A stretch of DNA of 64,000 bases from an uncultured SAR86 cluster bacterium (GTDB lineage Bacteria; Pseudomonadota; Gammaproteobacteria; Magnimaribacterales; D2472): assembly GCA_902624425.1 (NCBI GenBank), contig CACNXK010000004.1, forward strand, positions 32,547 through 96,546. Direction: 5' to 3'. Below, in pieces: positions 47,840 to 60,218 of the stretch; the first letter of the stretch is position 1; each line of letters opens with the position of its first letter. The notes under the pieces are model-generated. The model searched no databases, was not told the origin of the DNA, and saw only the letters and a program-made list of their open reading frames with translations. Made by a program: the position numbers and the translations under genes.

Positions 47840-49933
47840 ATGGCTAGAGAAACTGAATTAAGTAAATACAGAAATATTGGTATATGTGCTCACGTTGATG
47901 CTGGTAAAACCACAACAACTGAAAGAGTTCTTTTTTATACAGGTCTTTCCCATAAGATTGGTGAAGTGCATGATGGCGCAGCCACTATGGATTGGATGGA
48001 GCAAGAACAAGAGAGGGGCATAACAATTACTTCAGCAGCTACAACCTGTTTTTGGAGTGGCATGGAGCAACAGTTCCCAAAACATAGAATTAATATTATT
48101 GATACTCCTGGACACGTTGATTTTACTATTGAAGTTGAAAGGTCACTAAGAGTGCTGGACGGTGCCGTTGTTGTTTTTTGTGGAACGTCTGGTGTTGAAC
48201 CACAATCTGAAACTGTTTGGCGTCAATGTAATAGATATGAGGTGCCAAGAATTGTTTTTGTGAACAAAATGGATAGAGCTGGTGCTGACTTTGAAAGAGT
48301 AGTCGATCAGGTTAGAGATAGACTTGGATCAACAGTTGTTCCAATTCAATTAAATATAGGCACAGAAGAAGATTTTAAAGGCGTAGTAGATTTAATTAGG
48401 ATGAAGGCTATTTATTGGAATGAAGACGACCAAGGTCTTACATTTGATCTTGCAGAAATTCCAGAGGACCTAAAAGCTAGATGTGATGAGCTAAGAGAGC
48501 AGATGTTAGAGACAGCTGCTGAGGCAAATGAAGAGCTGATGGAAGCTTATCTTGAAAGTGGGGAGCTTACCGAAGATCAGGTAAGGGAAGGACTGAGACT
48601 AAGAACACTCAATAATGAAATAGTTCTTGCTATGTGTGGTTCTGCATTTAAAAATAAAGGAGTTCAAGCTGTTCTTGATGCAGTCATTGAATTTTTACCT
48701 GCTCCAAATGAAGTTGCAGCCATTCAAGGTGTTCTACCTGGTGAGGACGAGAAAACTGATTCAAGATCATCTTCTGATGAGGAGCCATTCTCAGCATTAG
48801 CTTTCAAAATAGCTACAGATCCTTTTGTTGGAACATTAACATTTATAAGAGTTTATTCTGGAGTTTTGTCTGTTGGCGATGGAGTGGTTAATTCAACACG
48901 AAGTAAAAAAGAGCGAGTTGGAAGAATGGTACAAATGCACTCAAATAGTAGAAATGAAATAAAAGAAATTCGCGCTGGAGATATAGCAGCTTGTATTGGT
49001 TTAAAAGATATTACGACTGGTGATACTTTATGCGACACTAAAGATCAAATTATTCTTGAAAAAATGGACTTCCCAGAACCAGTTATTTCTGTTGCTGTGG
49101 AACCAAAATCCAAGCCAGATCAAGAAAAAATGTCATTGGCTCTCCAAAAATTAGCTAAAGAAGATCCTTCTTTTAGAGTACATACTGACGAAGAGTCTGG
49201 ACAAACAATTATTTCTGGAATGGGAGAACTACATTTAGATGTTCTGGTTGACAGAATGAAAAGAGAATTTTCTGTTGAAGCCAATATAGGTAAACCACAA
49301 GTTGCCTATAGAGAAACTATTAAAGAAACAGTAGATGTTGAAGGTAAATTTGTTCGACAAAGCGGTGGTAAAGGTCAATATGGTCATGTCTGGCTTAAAC
49401 TAGAGCCATTGGGTCTTGATGATGATTATGAATTTGTAGATGAAATTGTTGGTGGAGTAGTTCCAAAAGAGTATATTCCCGCTGTTGATAAGGGTATACA
49501 GGAGCAGATGCAAAATGGAGTAGTTGCTGGTTATCCTTTACTGGCCTTAAAAGCTACATTATATGATGGCTCCTATCATGATGTTGACTCTAGTGAAATG
49601 GCTTTTAAAATTGCTGGCTCAATGGCCCTTAAAGAGGGTGCACTCAAGGCAAAACCAGTTATTCTTGAACCGATAATGAAAGTCGAAGTGGTTACTCCTG
49701 AAGAGCATATGGGAGATGTTGTTGGCGATTTAAATAGAAGAAGGGGAATAATTTTAGGCATGGATGAGATACCTTCTGGCAAAACTGTCCAATCAGAGGT
49801 TCCCTTATCTGAGATGTTTGGCTATGCAACAGATTTAAGGTCTCAAACACAAGGAAGAGCAAGTTTTTCAATGGAATTTCTCAAATATGCAGATGTTCCT
49901 TCAAGCATTGCTGAAGAGCTAAAAACGGCCTAA
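47840..49933 (+). CDS. fusA: elongation factor G
   Basis: [29 protein letters not shown]. Confidence 0.99.
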   Translation: MARETELSKYRNIGICAHVDAGKTTTTERVLFYTGLSHKIGEVHDGAATMDWMEQEQERGITITSAATTCFWSGMEQQFPKHRINIIDTPGHVDFTIEVERSLRVLDGAVVVFCGTSGVEPQSETVWRQCNRYEVPRIVFVNKMDRAGADFERVVDQVRDRLGSTVVPIQLNIGTEEDFKGVVDLIRMKAIYWNEDDQGLTFDLAEIPEDLKARCDELREQMLETAAEANEELMEAYLESGELTEDQVREGLRLRTLNNEIVLAMCGSAFKNKGVQAVLDAVIEFLPAPNEVAAIQGVLPGEDEKTDSRSSSDEEPFSALAFKIATDPFVGTLTFIRVYSGVLSVGDGVVNSTRSKKERVGRMVQMHSNSRNEIKEIRAGDIAACIGLKDITTGDTLCDTKDQIILEKMDFPEPVISVAVEPKSKPDQEKMSLALQKLAKEDPSFRVHTDEESGQTIISGMGELHLDVLVDRMKREFSVEANIGKPQVAYRETIKETVDVEGKFVRQSGGKGQYGHVWLKLEPLGLDDDYEFVDEIVGGVVPKEYIPAVDKGIQEQMQNGVVAGYPLLALKATLYDGSYHDVDSSEMAFKIAGSMALKEGALKAKPVILEPIMKVEVVTPEEHMGDVVGDLNRRRGIILGMDEIPSGKTVQSEVPLSEMFGYATDLRSQTQGRASFSMEFLKYADVPSSIAEELKTA

Positions 49934-49964
49934 TTTTTTAATTTCAATAAATATTGATTTTTTG

Positions 49965-50001
49965 TTGACATATTAGGCTCTAGAGACCTAAAATACGCCA
50001 C
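49965..50001 (+). promoter_or_regulatory. S10 operon sigma70 promoter
   Basis: TTGACA-18nt-TAAAAT followed by an ACGCCAC discriminator. Confidence 0.75.
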
Positions 50002-50050
50002 ATTTTGCGTTTTGTAATATGTTTTTAATAGAGGAATTTTAGTTTAAAAA

Positions 50051-50362
50051 ATGGAAAATCAGGCTATAAGAATAAGACTAAAGGCTTTTGACTATAGACT
50101 TATTGATGCCTCTACCAAACAGATTGTTGAAACGGCAAAAAAGACAGGCGCAGTGGTAAAAGGTCCGATTCCACTGCCTGTTAAAAAAGAGAGGACCACA
50201 ATATTGATATCTCCGCACAAAGATAAAGATGCAAGAGATCAATATGAAATAAGAACTTATAAAAGGCTCTTAGATATCATTAAGCCAACGGATAAGACTG
50301 TTGATGCATTAATGAAACTTGACCTATCTGCAGGTGTTGATGTGCAGATAAGCATTAGCTAA
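50051..50362 (+). CDS. rpsJ: ribosomal protein S10
   Basis: [15 protein letters not shown]. Confidence 0.98.
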   Translation: MENQAIRIRLKAFDYRLIDASTKQIVETAKKTGAVVKGPIPLPVKKERTTILISPHKDKDARDQYEIRTYKRLLDIIKPTDKTVDALMKLDLSAGVDVQISIS

Positions 50363-50419
50363 GAGTAAACGCGTAAGCGGCCATAGAGGGTTTAAAGCCC
50401 CGTAATAAGGAGAAAGAAA

Positions 50420-51046
50420 TTGAGTTTAGGCTTAATTGGAAAAAAATCAGGAATGTCTAGAGTCTTCCAAGAAGATGGTGACTCAATTCCAGTATCTATT
50501 GTTTCCGTATTTGGCAATTATGTTGCCGGCATAAAAACAAAAGAAACCGATGGCTACGATGCTGTTTTGGTCTCTAAAACAGAAAATAAAAAGAATATTT
50601 CTAAATCTCAGAAGGAATTCTTTGCAAAAGTTAATGTTGCTCCAGGTTCATTAAATGAGTTTAAGTTAGATACTGATTCAGATCGCAAAGTTGGCGATCA
50701 TCTAACAGCTGACCTTTTTGAAATAGGGCAGCATGTGGATGTTACCGGAACTTCAAAGGGTAAGGGTTATGCAGGAGTTATCAAAAGACATAATTTCAAG
50801 ATGCAAGATGCAACTCATGGAAATTCCCTATCGCATAGGGCTCATGGATCAATTGGACAGTGCCAAACTCCAGGAAGAGTTTGGAAAGGAAAGAAAATGT
50901 CTGGTCACATGGGAAGCGAAAGAAAAACAGTTCAAAATTTAGAAATAATCAACGTAGATGTTGAAAACAATCTACTTTTCATTAAAGGGGCTATTCCAGG
51001 ATTCAATGGCTCAAAAGTAACAATCAAACCGTCTATTAAAAAATGA
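50420..51046 (+). CDS. rplC: ribosomal protein L3
   Basis: SKGKGYAGVIKRHNF, GSIGQCQTPGRV; TTG start after AGGAG. Confidence 0.97.
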   Translation: MSLGLIGKKSGMSRVFQEDGDSIPVSIVSVFGNYVAGIKTKETDGYDAVLVSKTENKKNISKSQKEFFAKVNVAPGSLNEFKLDTDSDRKVGDHLTADLFEIGQHVDVTGTSKGKGYAGVIKRHNFKMQDATHGNSLSHRAHGSIGQCQTPGRVWKGKKMSGHMGSERKTVQNLEIINVDVENNLLFIKGAIPGFNGSKVTIKPSIKK

Positions 51047-51654
51047 AGTTAAGCGTTCTAACTACATCCAAAAGCAAGAAAGAAGATATCGTTCTTTCTG
51101 ATGCTTTTGTAAAAGACTATAACGAGTCGTTGGTTCATCAAGCTGTAGTAACTTATCTTGCAGGTATGAGACAGGGATCTCACAAACAAAAGAATAGATC
51201 AGATGTTAGAGGTGGTGGTAAGAAGCCATATAGACAAAAAGGGACTGGTAGAGCGAGAGCTGGAACTATTAGAAGTCCTCTTTGGAGGGGCGGTGGAGTT
51301 ACATTTGCCTCTAGGCCAAGAGATTATTCAAAAAAAATAAACAAAAAAATGTACAAAGCTGCATTAAGATCAATTTTTTCAGAGCTATTAAGACAAGAAA
51401 AACTTATAGCAATTGAACATCCTAAAATAAAAAATCCAAAGACCAAGGAAATGGTTAGCTTTCTTTCGAAGCTTTCACTAAAAAACGTTTTGATCATTAC
51501 AGATGAAGTTGATAAAAATCTTCACTTGGCATCAAGGAACATACCAAATGTGAATGTTGTTACAACTGCTGAAATTAACCCTGTAATGTTATTGAAGCCA
51601 CATAAAATTGCTATTACGCCTGAGGCTTTTAAAAAGATTGAGGAGCTTATCTAA
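51043..51654 (+). CDS. rplD: ribosomal protein L4
   Basis: KPYRQKGTGRARAG. Confidence 0.97.
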   Translation: MKLSVLTTSKSKKEDIVLSDAFVKDYNESLVHQAVVTYLAGMRQGSHKQKNRSDVRGGGKKPYRQKGTGRARAGTIRSPLWRGGGVTFASRPRDYSKKINKKMYKAALRSIFSELLRQEKLIAIEHPKIKNPKTKEMVSFLSKLSLKNVLIITDEVDKNLHLASRNIPNVNVVTTAEINPVMLLKPHKIAITPEAFKKIEELI

Positions 51655-51947
51655 TGGATATGAAATTATATAAAGTTCTAAAAGCACCTCATATTACTGA
51701 GCAATCTTCTCAACTAAGCCAAGACTTGAAACAAATTGTTTTTAAAGTTGATAAAGGCGCTAATAAAAAGGAAATTAAGAAAGCTGTCGAAAATCTATTT
51801 AATGTAACAGTTGTTAAGGTAACAACATCGGTTGTAAAAGGTAAAACCAAGAGAAATAGATTTGGCGTTTATAAAAGGTCTGATTATAAAAAAGCTTTTG
51901 TATCTCTAAGCCCTGATTCTGATATTCAATTTGAGGGAGTGAACTAA
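51654..51947 (+). CDS. rplW: ribosomal protein L23
   Basis: [21 protein letters not shown]. Confidence 0.96.
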   Translation: MDMKLYKVLKAPHITEQSSQLSQDLKQIVFKVDKGANKKEIKKAVENLFNVTVVKVTTSVVKGKTKRNRFGVYKRSDYKKAFVSLSPDSDIQFEGVN

Positions 51948-51948
51948 A

Positions 51949-52779
51949 ATGCCAGTTCAAAAAGCAAAACCAACTAGTCCAGGAAGAAGATTCGTTATAT
52001 CTCTTAAGAAGAATAACTTACATAGAGGTAAGCCTTTCAAAGGCCTCATTGAGCCAAAATCTAAAAAAGGTGGAAGGAATAATAATGGAAGAATAACAGT
52101 TAGACACCAAGGTGGAGGTCATAAGCGTCACTACAGAGTTATAGACTTTAAAAGGAATAAACTCGATATACCGGCTATTGTAGAAAGAATTGAATATGAT
52201 CCAAATAGATCAGCAAATATAGCTCTTCTTAAGTATGCAGATGGTGAAAGAAGATACATTATTTGTCCTAGCAAGATGAAAATAGGAGCTGAAGTTATTT
52301 CGTCAGATAGCGCTGATATTAAAGATGGAAATTCACTTAAACTGAAAGATATACCACTTGGTACAAATATCCATTGTGTTGAAATGAAGCCTGGTAAAGG
52401 TGGACAGATTGCAAGAAGTGCAGGAACTTCTGCAAGACTTGTAGCAAAAGAAGGCATTTACTCAACACTAAGACTGCAATCTGGAGAAATGAGGAAAGTT
52501 CTTTCAGAATGCAGAGCAACTCTTGGAACAGTATCAAACCAAGAGAACAACCTTAAATCTATAGGAAAAGCAGGAGCTAATCGATGGAGAGGCAAGCGAC
52601 CAACTGTTCGAGGAGTTGCAATGAATCCTATCGATCATCCGCATGGAGGAGGAGAAGGAAGAACCTCAGGTGGTAGACATCCATCTACTCCTTGGGGAGT
52701 ACCTACTAAAGGTTATAAAACAAGAAAAAATACTAGGTCAGACAATTTGATTATTAGAAGAAGAGGTAAGAGGAACTAA
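51949..52779 (+). CDS. rplB: ribosomal protein L2
   Basis: [21 protein letters not shown]. Confidence 0.99.
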   Translation: MPVQKAKPTSPGRRFVISLKKNNLHRGKPFKGLIEPKSKKGGRNNNGRITVRHQGGGHKRHYRVIDFKRNKLDIPAIVERIEYDPNRSANIALLKYADGERRYIICPSKMKIGAEVISSDSADIKDGNSLKLKDIPLGTNIHCVEMKPGKGGQIARSAGTSARLVAKEGIYSTLRLQSGEMRKVLSECRATLGTVSNQENNLKSIGKAGANRWRGKRPTVRGVAMNPIDHPHGGGEGRTSGGRHPSTPWGVPTKGYKTRKNTRSDNLIIRRRGKRN

Positions 52780-52781
52780 AC

Positions 52782-53054
52782 ATGCCAAGATCACTTAAAA
52801 AGGGACCATTTATTGATTTATCACTGCAGAAGAAAGTTGATGCTGCAATTGCAAATAACGATAAAAAACCTATTAAAACTTGGTCAAGGAGATCAATGAT
52901 ATCACCAACAATGGTGGGCCTAACAATTGCCGTTCATAACGGAAGGCAGCATGTTCCGGTATACATCAATGAAGATATGGTTGGTCATAAGCTTGGTGAA
53001 TTTGCTTTAACTAGAACATTCAAAATGCACTCAGGGGACAGAAAGGCGAAATAA
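52782..53054 (+). CDS. rpsS: ribosomal protein S19
   Basis: [17 protein letters not shown]. Confidence 0.98.
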   Translation: MPRSLKKGPFIDLSLQKKVDAAIANNDKKPIKTWSRRSMISPTMVGLTIAVHNGRQHVPVYINEDMVGHKLGEFALTRTFKMHSGDRKAK

Positions 53055-53392
53055 TGGAAACTCGAGCATATTTAAAAGGAACAAGATTATCACCACAAAA
53101 GGCTGGCCTTGTTGCTGATGTTATTAGAGGCAAAAGCATTCAGGATGCTATGGATTTCTTATCATTCAGCAAAAAGAAAGGATCGGAAGTAATAAAAAAA
53201 CTTCTTGAGTCAGCTATAGCAAATGCTGAGCACAATGAAAATGCAGATATCGACAAACTTTTTGTTAAATCAGTGATAGTTAATCAAGGTTTGAGATTAA
53301 AGAGAATGAAACCAAGAGCAAGAGGAAGGGCTGATAGGATTATCAAACCAACTTGCCACATTGAAATTATTTTAGCGGACGGAGAAGGTTAA
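53054..53392 (+). CDS. rplV: ribosomal protein L22
   Basis: [16 protein letters not shown]. Confidence 0.97.
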   Translation: METRAYLKGTRLSPQKAGLVADVIRGKSIQDAMDFLSFSKKKGSEVIKKLLESAIANAEHNENADIDKLFVKSVIVNQGLRLKRMKPRARGRADRIIKPTCHIEIILADGEG

Positions 53393-54048
53393 TGGGTCAG
53401 AAAGTACATCCAACAGGAATGAGACTTGGAATCATCAAAAAGCATAATGCTAACTGGTATGCTAAAGGAAAAGATTATCCAAGATTCTTAAACGAAGATC
53501 TTAAGGTGCGAGAGCATATTGGAACTAAGCTTAAATTCTCATCGATAAGTAAAGTTGAACTTGATAGGTCTGCTCAGGCCTATGTTGTAAATATTCATTC
53601 ATCAAGACCGGGGATCATTATTGGTAAAAAGGGTGAGGAAATAGAAAATCTAAAGAAAGAGATTAAGAAAATAGTTAACTTACCAACTCAGGTAAATATT
53701 AAAGAAGTAAGAAAGCCTGACTTGGATGCGACTATACTTGCCGAATCAGTTGCTCAACAACTTGAAAGAAGAGTTCAGTTTAGAAGAGCTATGAAAAGAG
53801 CTGTTCAAAGTGCTCTTAGACAAAGCGCTAAAGGAGTGAGGGTAGAAATATCTGGAAGACTTAATGGTGCAGAAATAGCCAGAACCGAGTGGTACAGAGA
53901 GGGAAGAGTCCCGCTTCATACTTTGAGAGCTGATGTTGATTATGGAACAGCTGAAGCCTTGACTACATATGGGATTATTGGAATTAAGGTTTGGGTCTAC
54001 AAGGGTGAAATTATTGGTGATCCAATCAAAGAGGGAGTTAATAGTTAA
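53392..54048 (+). CDS. rpsC: ribosomal protein S3
   Basis: [27 protein letters not shown]. Confidence 0.98.
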   Translation: MGQKVHPTGMRLGIIKKHNANWYAKGKDYPRFLNEDLKVREHIGTKLKFSSISKVELDRSAQAYVVNIHSSRPGIIIGKKGEEIENLKKEIKKIVNLPTQVNIKEVRKPDLDATILAESVAQQLERRVQFRRAMKRAVQSALRQSAKGVRVEISGRLNGAEIARTEWYREGRVPLHTLRADVDYGTAEALTTYGIIGIKVWVYKGEIIGDPIKEGVNS

Positions 54049-54053
54049 ATATT

Positions 54054-54464
54054 ATGTTACAGCCTAAACAAACAAAATATAGAAAAATGCACAAGGGCAG
54101 GAATAGAGGTCTTGCACAGAATGGAAATACCATTGCATTTGGAAGATACGGATTAGTTGCACAAACTCGTGGAAGAATTACATCTCGTCAAATTGAGTCA
54201 GCAAGAAGAGCAATGACTCGATACATCAAAAGAGGCGGGAACATTTGGATCCGAATATTTCCAGATAAACCTATAACGAAGAAACCACTTGAAACAAGAA
54301 TGGGAAAAGGTAAAGGAAATGTCGAATATTGGGTAGCACTTGTTCAACCAGGCAAAGTTTTATATGAAATGTCAGGTGTTACAGAGGAGGTTGCGAGGGA
54401 AGCATTTAGACTTGCTAGCGCAAAACTTCCTGTAAAGACAGTATTTAAGGAAAAAGAGAATTAA
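54054..54464 (+). CDS. rplP: ribosomal protein L16
   Basis: MLQPK, RMGKGKG. Confidence 0.98.
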   Translation: MLQPKQTKYRKMHKGRNRGLAQNGNTIAFGRYGLVAQTRGRITSRQIESARRAMTRYIKRGGNIWIRIFPDKPITKKPLETRMGKGKGNVEYWVALVQPGKVLYEMSGVTEEVAREAFRLASAKLPVKTVFKEKEN

Positions 54465-54466
54465 AA

Positions 54467-54685
54467 ATGGCTAACAAAGAATTAGATAAGCTAAGAGATA
54501 TGTCGGTTTCTGATTTAAATAAGAATTTAGAAGCGCTATACAAAGAACAGTTTGAGGATAATCTCAAACTTAAAACCGGCCAGCTTAACGAAACTCACAA
54601 AATTAAACTTAATCGAAAACAAGTTGCAAGAATTAAAACGGTTATATCTGAGAAACATAATGCAGGTGACGAAAATGGAAAATAA
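54467..54685 (+). CDS. rpmC: ribosomal protein L29
   Basis: TGQL...RKQVARIKT; operon position. Confidence 0.93.
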   Translation: MANKELDKLRDMSVSDLNKNLEALYKEQFEDNLKLKTGQLNETHKIKLNRKQVARIKTVISEKHNAGDENGK

Positions 54686-54935
54686 GAATCCAAGAATATT
54701 ATCAGGGATTGTAGTTAGTAATAAGGCTGACAAGACTATTACCGTTAAAGTTGAAAGAAAGGTTAAACATCCTCTCTATGGAAAAATAATGAGAAGATCA
54801 ACAAAAGTTCATGCACATGATGAAAATAATGTCGCAAATATTGGAGATTTTGTCTCAGTGAGGGAGTGCAAACCATTCTCAAAGACTAAGACTTGGATCT
54901 TGGATGAATCAAATCAAGTCGGAGGAGATTCATAA
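54675..54935 (+). CDS. rpsQ: ribosomal protein S17
   Basis: [25 protein letters not shown]; true start is the ATG at 54675. Confidence 0.96.
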   Translation: MENKNPRILSGIVVSNKADKTITVKVERKVKHPLYGKIMRRSTKVHAHDENNVANIGDFVSVRECKPFSKTKTWILDESNQVGGDS

Positions 54936-55303
54936 TGATACAAATGCAATCAATACTTAATATTGCTGACAATAGCGGTGCAAGATCGGTTATGTGTATA
55001 AAGGTTCTTGGCGGATCCAAGAGACGTTATGCAAATGTTGGAGATATTATTAAAGTTGCTGTAAGAGAAGCTATACCAACAGGTAAAGTCAAAAAAGGAC
55101 AGGTTGTTAATGCTTTGGTAGTTAGAACTAAGAAAGGAGTAAGAAGAAGGGATGGATCATTAATAAAGTTTGATGAAAATGCAGCTGTTCTTCTAAATCA
55201 ACAAAATGCACCAATTGGAACAAGAGTTTTTGGGCCTGTAACAAGAGAATTAAGATCAGGAAATTTTATGAAAATCTTATCACTCGCACCGGAGGTTCTC
55301 TAA
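54935..55303 (+). CDS. rplN: ribosomal protein L14
   Basis: [19 protein letters not shown]. Confidence 0.98.
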   Translation: MIQMQSILNIADNSGARSVMCIKVLGGSKRRYANVGDIIKVAVREAIPTGKVKKGQVVNALVVRTKKGVRRRDGSLIKFDENAAVLLNQQNAPIGTRVFGPVTRELRSGNFMKILSLAPEVL

Positions 55304-55630
55304 ATGAAGAACAACTTTAGAACAAGGCTCAAAACTGGTGATGAGGTTGTGGTAATTGCTGGTAGAGACGTCGGCAAGACTGGAACGATTACAAGCATAA
55401 AGAAAAATAAGGCTTTTGTATCAGGTATCAATATAGTAAAAAAGCATACCAAGCCAAATCCTCAGTTAGGAATTACAGGTGGAATAGTGGAGCAGGAATC
55501 ACCAATAGATTTATCAAATATTCAGATATGGGACTCTAAAATTAAAAAAGGCTCAAGAATTTCAATGAAAACAGATGAAAAAACTGGAAAAAAGGAAAGA
55601 CATAATAAAAAAACAGGAAAAGTAATTTAA
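55304..55630 (+). CDS. rplX: ribosomal protein L24
   Basis: KOW motif GDEVVVIAGRDVGK. Confidence 0.96.
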   Translation: MKNNFRTRLKTGDEVVVIAGRDVGKTGTITSIKKNKAFVSGINIVKKHTKPNPQLGITGGIVEQESPIDLSNIQIWDSKIKKGSRISMKTDEKTGKKERHNKKTGKVI

Positions 55631-55633
55631 AAA

Positions 55634-56173
55634 ATGGCTAATTTGCAACAAAAATATAAAGATGAAATAGTCCCTGTCCTGAAGGAAAGATTAGGACAGA
55701 GCAATGTTATGGCTTTGCCAAAGCTTACAAAAATTGTCATTAATATGGGTGTTGGGCAAGCAGTAAACGATAAAAAGCATTTAACAAATGCTGTTGATGA
55801 CCTCCAATCAATTTCAGGGCAAAAACCATTAGTAACGAATGCAAGAAAATCAGTTGCAAGCTTTAAAATTAGGGAAGGTTGGCCCATGGGATGCAAAGTC
55901 ACACTTCGAGGTAAGAGAATGTATGACTTCGTGGAAAGACTGATTAATGTTGCAATTCCACGTGAAAGGGATTTTAGAGGATTAAACCCTAAATCATTTG
56001 ATAGACAGGGTAACTATAGTTTTGGTATCAAGGAACAAATAATATTTCCTGAGATTAACTATGACAATATTGACCAAATTAGAGGTATGGATATATGTAT
56101 TAATACATCAGCAAACAACCCTGCTGATGCAAAAGTTTTATTGGAAGAATTAAACTTCCCATTTAAAAAGTAG
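55634..56173 (+). CDS. rplE: ribosomal protein L5
   Basis: [25 protein letters not shown]. Confidence 0.98.
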   Translation: MANLQQKYKDEIVPVLKERLGQSNVMALPKLTKIVINMGVGQAVNDKKHLTNAVDDLQSISGQKPLVTNARKSVASFKIREGWPMGCKVTLRGKRMYDFVERLINVAIPRERDFRGLNPKSFDRQGNYSFGIKEQIIFPEINYDNIDQIRGMDICINTSANNPADAKVLLEELNFPFKK

Positions 56174-56178
56174 GAATT

Positions 56179-56484
56179 ATGACTAGAAAATCACTAATAG
56201 CTAGAGAAAAGAAAAGAATGAAAACAGTTGCAAAATATGCAACCAAAAGGGCTGAGCTCAAAAAAACTTTTTTAGATATGAGCAAGACTGATGAAGAAAG
56301 ATTTGAAGCCTACAGAAAGCTTCAAAAGCTTCCTAGAAATGCTAGCCCTTCTAGAGTTCAAAGAAGATGTTCGATAACGGGGAGGCCACATGCTGTTTAT
56401 AGGAAATTTGGTCTTAGTAGAATTAAATTAAGGGAAGCCGCAATGCGCGGAGATATTCCTGGATTAGTTAAATCAAGTTGGTAA
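56179..56484 (+). CDS. rpsN: ribosomal protein S14 (long, Zn-independent type)
   Basis: [22 protein letters not shown]; 101 aa with a single Cys. Confidence 0.97.
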   Translation: MTRKSLIAREKKRMKTVAKYATKRAELKKTFLDMSKTDEERFEAYRKLQKLPRNASPSRVQRRCSITGRPHAVYRKFGLSRIKLREAAMRGDIPGLVKSSW

Positions 56485-56491
56485 ATATATT

Positions 56492-56887
56492 ATGAGTTTT
56501 CAAGATCCTATTTCAGATTGCCTTAACAGAATAAGAAATGGCCTTATGAGAGGTAAAGATTCTGTTATTGTTCCATATTCTAAAATTAAGCATGACTTGG
56601 TTAATGTTTTAATTGAGGAAGGTTATTTGAATTCCTGTGAAAAGATTGATAACGGTGGAAAAGATGAAATAAACGTCAACCTCAAGTATTTTAATGGCAA
56701 GCCAGCAATTAAGGATCTCAAGAGAATCTCTAGACCTGGGCTAAGAAAATACTCAGGCACCAAAGACCTTTCTAATGTTAAGGCTGGATTAGGTATATAT
56801 GTTCTATCGACCAACCAAGGTTTAATGACTGATCGTGTTGCAAAATCTAAGAATGTGGGTGGCGAAATTTTGGTGGAGGTTTTTTAA
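56492..56887 (+). CDS. rpsH: ribosomal protein S8
   Basis: DPISD..RIRN, SRPGLRKY, GGEI. Confidence 0.97.
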   Translation: MSFQDPISDCLNRIRNGLMRGKDSVIVPYSKIKHDLVNVLIEEGYLNSCEKIDNGGKDEINVNLKYFNGKPAIKDLKRISRPGLRKYSGTKDLSNVKAGLGIYVLSTNQGLMTDRVAKSKNVGGEILVEVF

Positions 56888-57430
56888 ATGTCTAGAGTTG
56901 CTAAACAACCAATTACTATCCCAGAAGGCGTTAAGGTAGAGCTTAAGGATAATTTTGTGTTTGTTTCAGGCAAGAATGGCTCTATGGAATTTGAGCTAGT
57001 TAAAGATGTAAAGGTGGATCTTAAAGAGAATGAAATTTTGGTTTCATATGGTGATTATCAGGAATCTCTAGCAATGGGAGGAACTACACGAGCAATCTTA
57101 AATAATATGGTCTTAGGAGTTTCTCAGGGCTTTGAAAAAAAATTAGAATTAGTTGGAGTTGGTTACAGAGCAAAAGCATCCGGAAAGACTTTAGATCTTA
57201 CACTAGGCTTCTCACATCCTATTAAATATGAGCTTCCCGAAAGTGTGAGTGTTGAAACTCCATCCCAAACTGAAATCGTACTGAAGAGTCATGATAAACA
57301 GGTTTTGGGTCAAGTTGCTTCAGAAATTAGAGCATTTAGACCACCAGAACCCTATAAAGGAAAAGGTGTTAAGTATTCTGATGAAAGAATTAAGAGAAAA
57401 GAAGCTAAAAAAGCTGCAGGTGGTGCTTAA
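56888..57430 (+). CDS. rplF: ribosomal protein L6
   Basis: MSRVAK, GVGYRA, RPPEPYKGKG. Confidence 0.98.
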   Translation: MSRVAKQPITIPEGVKVELKDNFVFVSGKNGSMEFELVKDVKVDLKENEILVSYGDYQESLAMGGTTRAILNNMVLGVSQGFEKKLELVGVGYRAKASGKTLDLTLGFSHPIKYELPESVSVETPSQTEIVLKSHDKQVLGQVASEIRAFRPPEPYKGKGVKYSDERIKRKEAKKAAGGA

Positions 57431-57777
57431 TGAGTATTAAAAATCTTTCAAGGCTAAGAAGAGCAAAAAAAACAAGGATGAGGATTAAGTCCCAAGAATT
57501 GCCAAGACTTACAGTCTTTAAATCCTCTCAACATATTTATGCTCAAGTTATTGATCCGAGCGGATCTAAGGTTTTGGCTGCAACCTCAACACTAGATAAA
57601 AGTATCAAATCTAAAGGTAGAAGTGTCCAATCAGCCAAGGAAGTTGGTGAGAAAATTGCTGACTTATCTATAAAAAGTGGCATCAAAAAAGTTATTTTTG
57701 ATAGATCAGGGTACAGATATCACGGAAGAATAAAGATGATTGCTGAAGCAGCAAGAGAAAAAGGTTTGGAGATATAA
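57430..57777 (+). CDS. rplR: ribosomal protein L18
   Basis: [19 protein letters not shown]. Confidence 0.97.
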   Translation: MSIKNLSRLRRAKKTRMRIKSQELPRLTVFKSSQHIYAQVIDPSGSKVLAATSTLDKSIKSKGRSVQSAKEVGEKIADLSIKSGIKKVIFDRSGYRYHGRIKMIAEAAREKGLEI

Positions 57778-57781
57778 AGAT

Positions 57782-58291
57782 ATGGCAAAAGAAATGGCAA
57801 ATATCAACCAACAAGGTGACTTACTTGAAGAAAAGTTAGTTCAAGTAAATAGAGTAGCAAAAGTTGTTAAGGGTGGAAGAATTTTTGGCTTTACCGCTCT
57901 GACTGTTGTTGGCGATGGTAAAGGTAAGGTGGGTTTTGGAAGAGGCAAAGCTAAAGAAGTTCCAATTGCAATTCAAAAAGCTATGGAGAACGCTAGAAGA
58001 AGCATGGTTGATGTAGAGTTAAATGGATCTACAATTTGGTATCCGGTAAAAGCAAAACACGGGTCTGCTAATGTTTATATGCAGCCTGCTGCAGAGGGTA
58101 CTGGAATTATTGCAGGTGGAGCAATGAGAGCAGTTCTTGAGCTTGTCGGTGTTCAGAATGTTCTTGCGAAATGTTATGGCTCAACGAATCCAGTTAATGT
58201 TGTTATGGCAACGATTAATGGTCTTAAATCAATGGAATCACCTGATACAGTTGCTGAAAGACGAGGTAAGAAAGTTGAGGAAGTATTATGA
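57782..58291 (+). CDS. rpsE: ribosomal protein S5
   Basis: [19 protein letters not shown]; ATG at 57782 (alternative 57794). Confidence 0.97.
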   Translation: MAKEMANINQQGDLLEEKLVQVNRVAKVVKGGRIFGFTALTVVGDGKGKVGFGRGKAKEVPIAIQKAMENARRSMVDVELNGSTIWYPVKAKHGSANVYMQPAAEGTGIIAGGAMRAVLELVGVQNVLAKCYGSTNPVNVVMATINGLKSMESPDTVAERRGKKVEEVL

Positions 58292-58473
58292 CAGCAAGTA
58301 AAACTATTCAAGTAAAACTTATCAAAAGCGGTATTGGAAGAATAAAAAACCATAAGCTTTGCATTCAAGGTTTAGGCTTTAAAAGGCTGAACCAAGTTGT
58401 ATCAGTTGAAGATACTCCAAGCAACAGAGGCATGATAAATAAAATTTCAGATATGGTTGAGGTGGTTGATTAA
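58288..58473 (+). CDS. rpmD: ribosomal protein L30
   Basis: [17 protein letters not shown]. Confidence 0.95.
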   Translation: MTASKTIQVKLIKSGIGRIKNHKLCIQGLGFKRLNQVVSVEDTPSNRGMINKISDMVEVVD

Positions 58474-58474
58474 T

Positions 58475-58918
58475 ATGGCTAAAGAAAATAATACACTTTC
58501 ACTTAATTCACTCAGTAATGAGGGCACGAAATCAAATAGAAAACGTGTTGGAAGAGGTATTGGTTCAGGAAATGGTAAAACTGCTGGAAGAGGTCATAAA
58601 GGGCAAAAATCTAGATCTGGCGGCTCTATACCAAGATGGTTTGAAGGCGGACAAATGCCACTTCAACAGAGACTTCCAAAGTTTGGTTTTTCTTCCAGAG
58701 TTAATAATTTATCCACAGATATAAATCTAAGAATGCTGGATGGAATGAAAGAAGTAAGTCTAGAAATCTTAAAAGAAAAGAAACTTGTGAATAAAAAAAT
58801 CAACAAAGTAAAAATTTACGGCGATTATAAACTTTCGAAATCATTAAATGTTATTGGTTTAACTGTGACTAAGGGAGCACTTAAGTCAATTGAAGAATCT
58901 GGAGGCAAGGTAAGCTAA
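58475..58918 (+). CDS. rplO: ribosomal protein L15
   Basis: RVGRGIGSG.GKT.GRGHKGQ, FEGGQMPL. Confidence 0.96.
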   Translation: MAKENNTLSLNSLSNEGTKSNRKRVGRGIGSGNGKTAGRGHKGQKSRSGGSIPRWFEGGQMPLQQRLPKFGFSSRVNNLSTDINLRMLDGMKEVSLEILKEKKLVNKKINKVKIYGDYKLSKSLNVIGLTVTKGALKSIEESGGKVS

Positions 58919-58920
58919 AA

Positions 58921-60216
58921 ATGGCAGATAGCAGCATGTCAGATTTGTGGAAAAGAATTAGGTTTGTAATTCTTGCCATTGTTATATATCGAATTGGTAC
59001 ACATATACCAATACCAGGTATTGATCCGCAAAGGTTAGAAGATTTATTTACACAAAATCAAGGAACTATTCTCGAGATGTTCAACTTATTTTCTGGTGGC
59101 GCATTAGAAAGAATGAGTGTTTTTGCACTTAACGTAATTCCATATATTTCTTCTGCAATTATCATGCAATTATTCTCTAATTCAATACCATATTTACAAG
59201 AGTTAAAAAAAGATGGCCAAGCTGGAAGAAATGCAATAACACAATTTACAAGATACGGCACAGTACTATTAGCACTTATCCAAGCATCAGCACTTGCATT
59301 CACTTTAAATGCCTCTGGCTTGAAATATTTAGATATACCTTTTGCATCCTTCTATATCTCAACTGTAGCATCTGTAGTTGCAGGAACAGTATTCCTTATG
59401 TGGCTGGGTGAACAAGTTTCTGAAAGAGGAATTGGAAATGGTATATCTATAATTATTGCTATAAGTATTTTATCTGGAATGCCAGGAGCAATAGGGCAAG
59501 CTCTTGAACAGTCCAGACAAGGAGACTTAAATATATTGCTTCTCATTGGTATTGGTGTTCTTGCGATGGCAGTAATTGCAGCAGTTGTTTTTATAGAAAG
59601 AGGCCAAAGAAGAATTACAGTTAATTATGCTCAAAGGCAGCAAGGTAGAAAAATGATGCAAGCTCAGGCAAGTCATTTACCTTTTAAAGTAAATATGGCT
59701 GGAGTTATTCCTGCAATTTTTGCGAGCACCTTCTTATTATTTCCACAATCTTTAACGCAATGGTTTGGTCAAGGAGACCCATCAGGATTTTTACAGTCTT
59801 TAACACTCGCTCTTAATCCTGGTCAACCGCTATACGTATTAGTATTTTCAGCTTTAATTATATCTTTCTGTTTTATTTGGTTAGCTTTAACATTTAATAC
59901 TCGAGAGGTTGCTGATAATCTTAAAAGATCAGGTGCATACATACCTGGTATAAGACCTGGTGAGCAGACTTCAAATTATATTGATAGTGTATTAGCGCGT
60001 TTGACAGTATTCGGAAGTATTTATCTAACACTCATATGCTTAATGCCTCTTGCCTTAATTAATTTTGCAGGAGTTTCTTTCTATCTTGGAGGAACTTCAA
60101 TCTTAATCATTGTAGTAGTTTTAATGGATTTTATGTCTCAAGTTCAGTCTCATATGATGTCTAGTCAATATGCATCAGTTATGAAAAAAGCAAATTTAAA
60201 GAATTATAGAAGGTAG
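58921..60216 (+). CDS. secY: preprotein translocase SecY
   Basis: [32 protein letters not shown]. Confidence 0.98.
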   Translation: MADSSMSDLWKRIRFVILAIVIYRIGTHIPIPGIDPQRLEDLFTQNQGTILEMFNLFSGGALERMSVFALNVIPYISSAIIMQLFSNSIPYLQELKKDGQAGRNAITQFTRYGTVLLALIQASALAFTLNASGLKYLDIPFASFYISTVASVVAGTVFLMWLGEQVSERGIGNGISIIIAISILSGMPGAIGQALEQSRQGDLNILLLIGIGVLAMAVIAAVVFIERGQRRITVNYAQRQQGRKMMQAQASHLPFKVNMAGVIPAIFASTFLLFPQSLTQWFGQGDPSGFLQSLTLALNPGQPLYVLVFSALIISFCFIWLALTFNTREVADNLKRSGAYIPGIRPGEQTSNYIDSVLARLTVFGSIYLTLICLMPLALINFAGVSFYLGGTSILIIVVVLMDFMSQVQSHMMSSQYASVMKKANLKNYRR

Positions 60217-60218
60217 TT

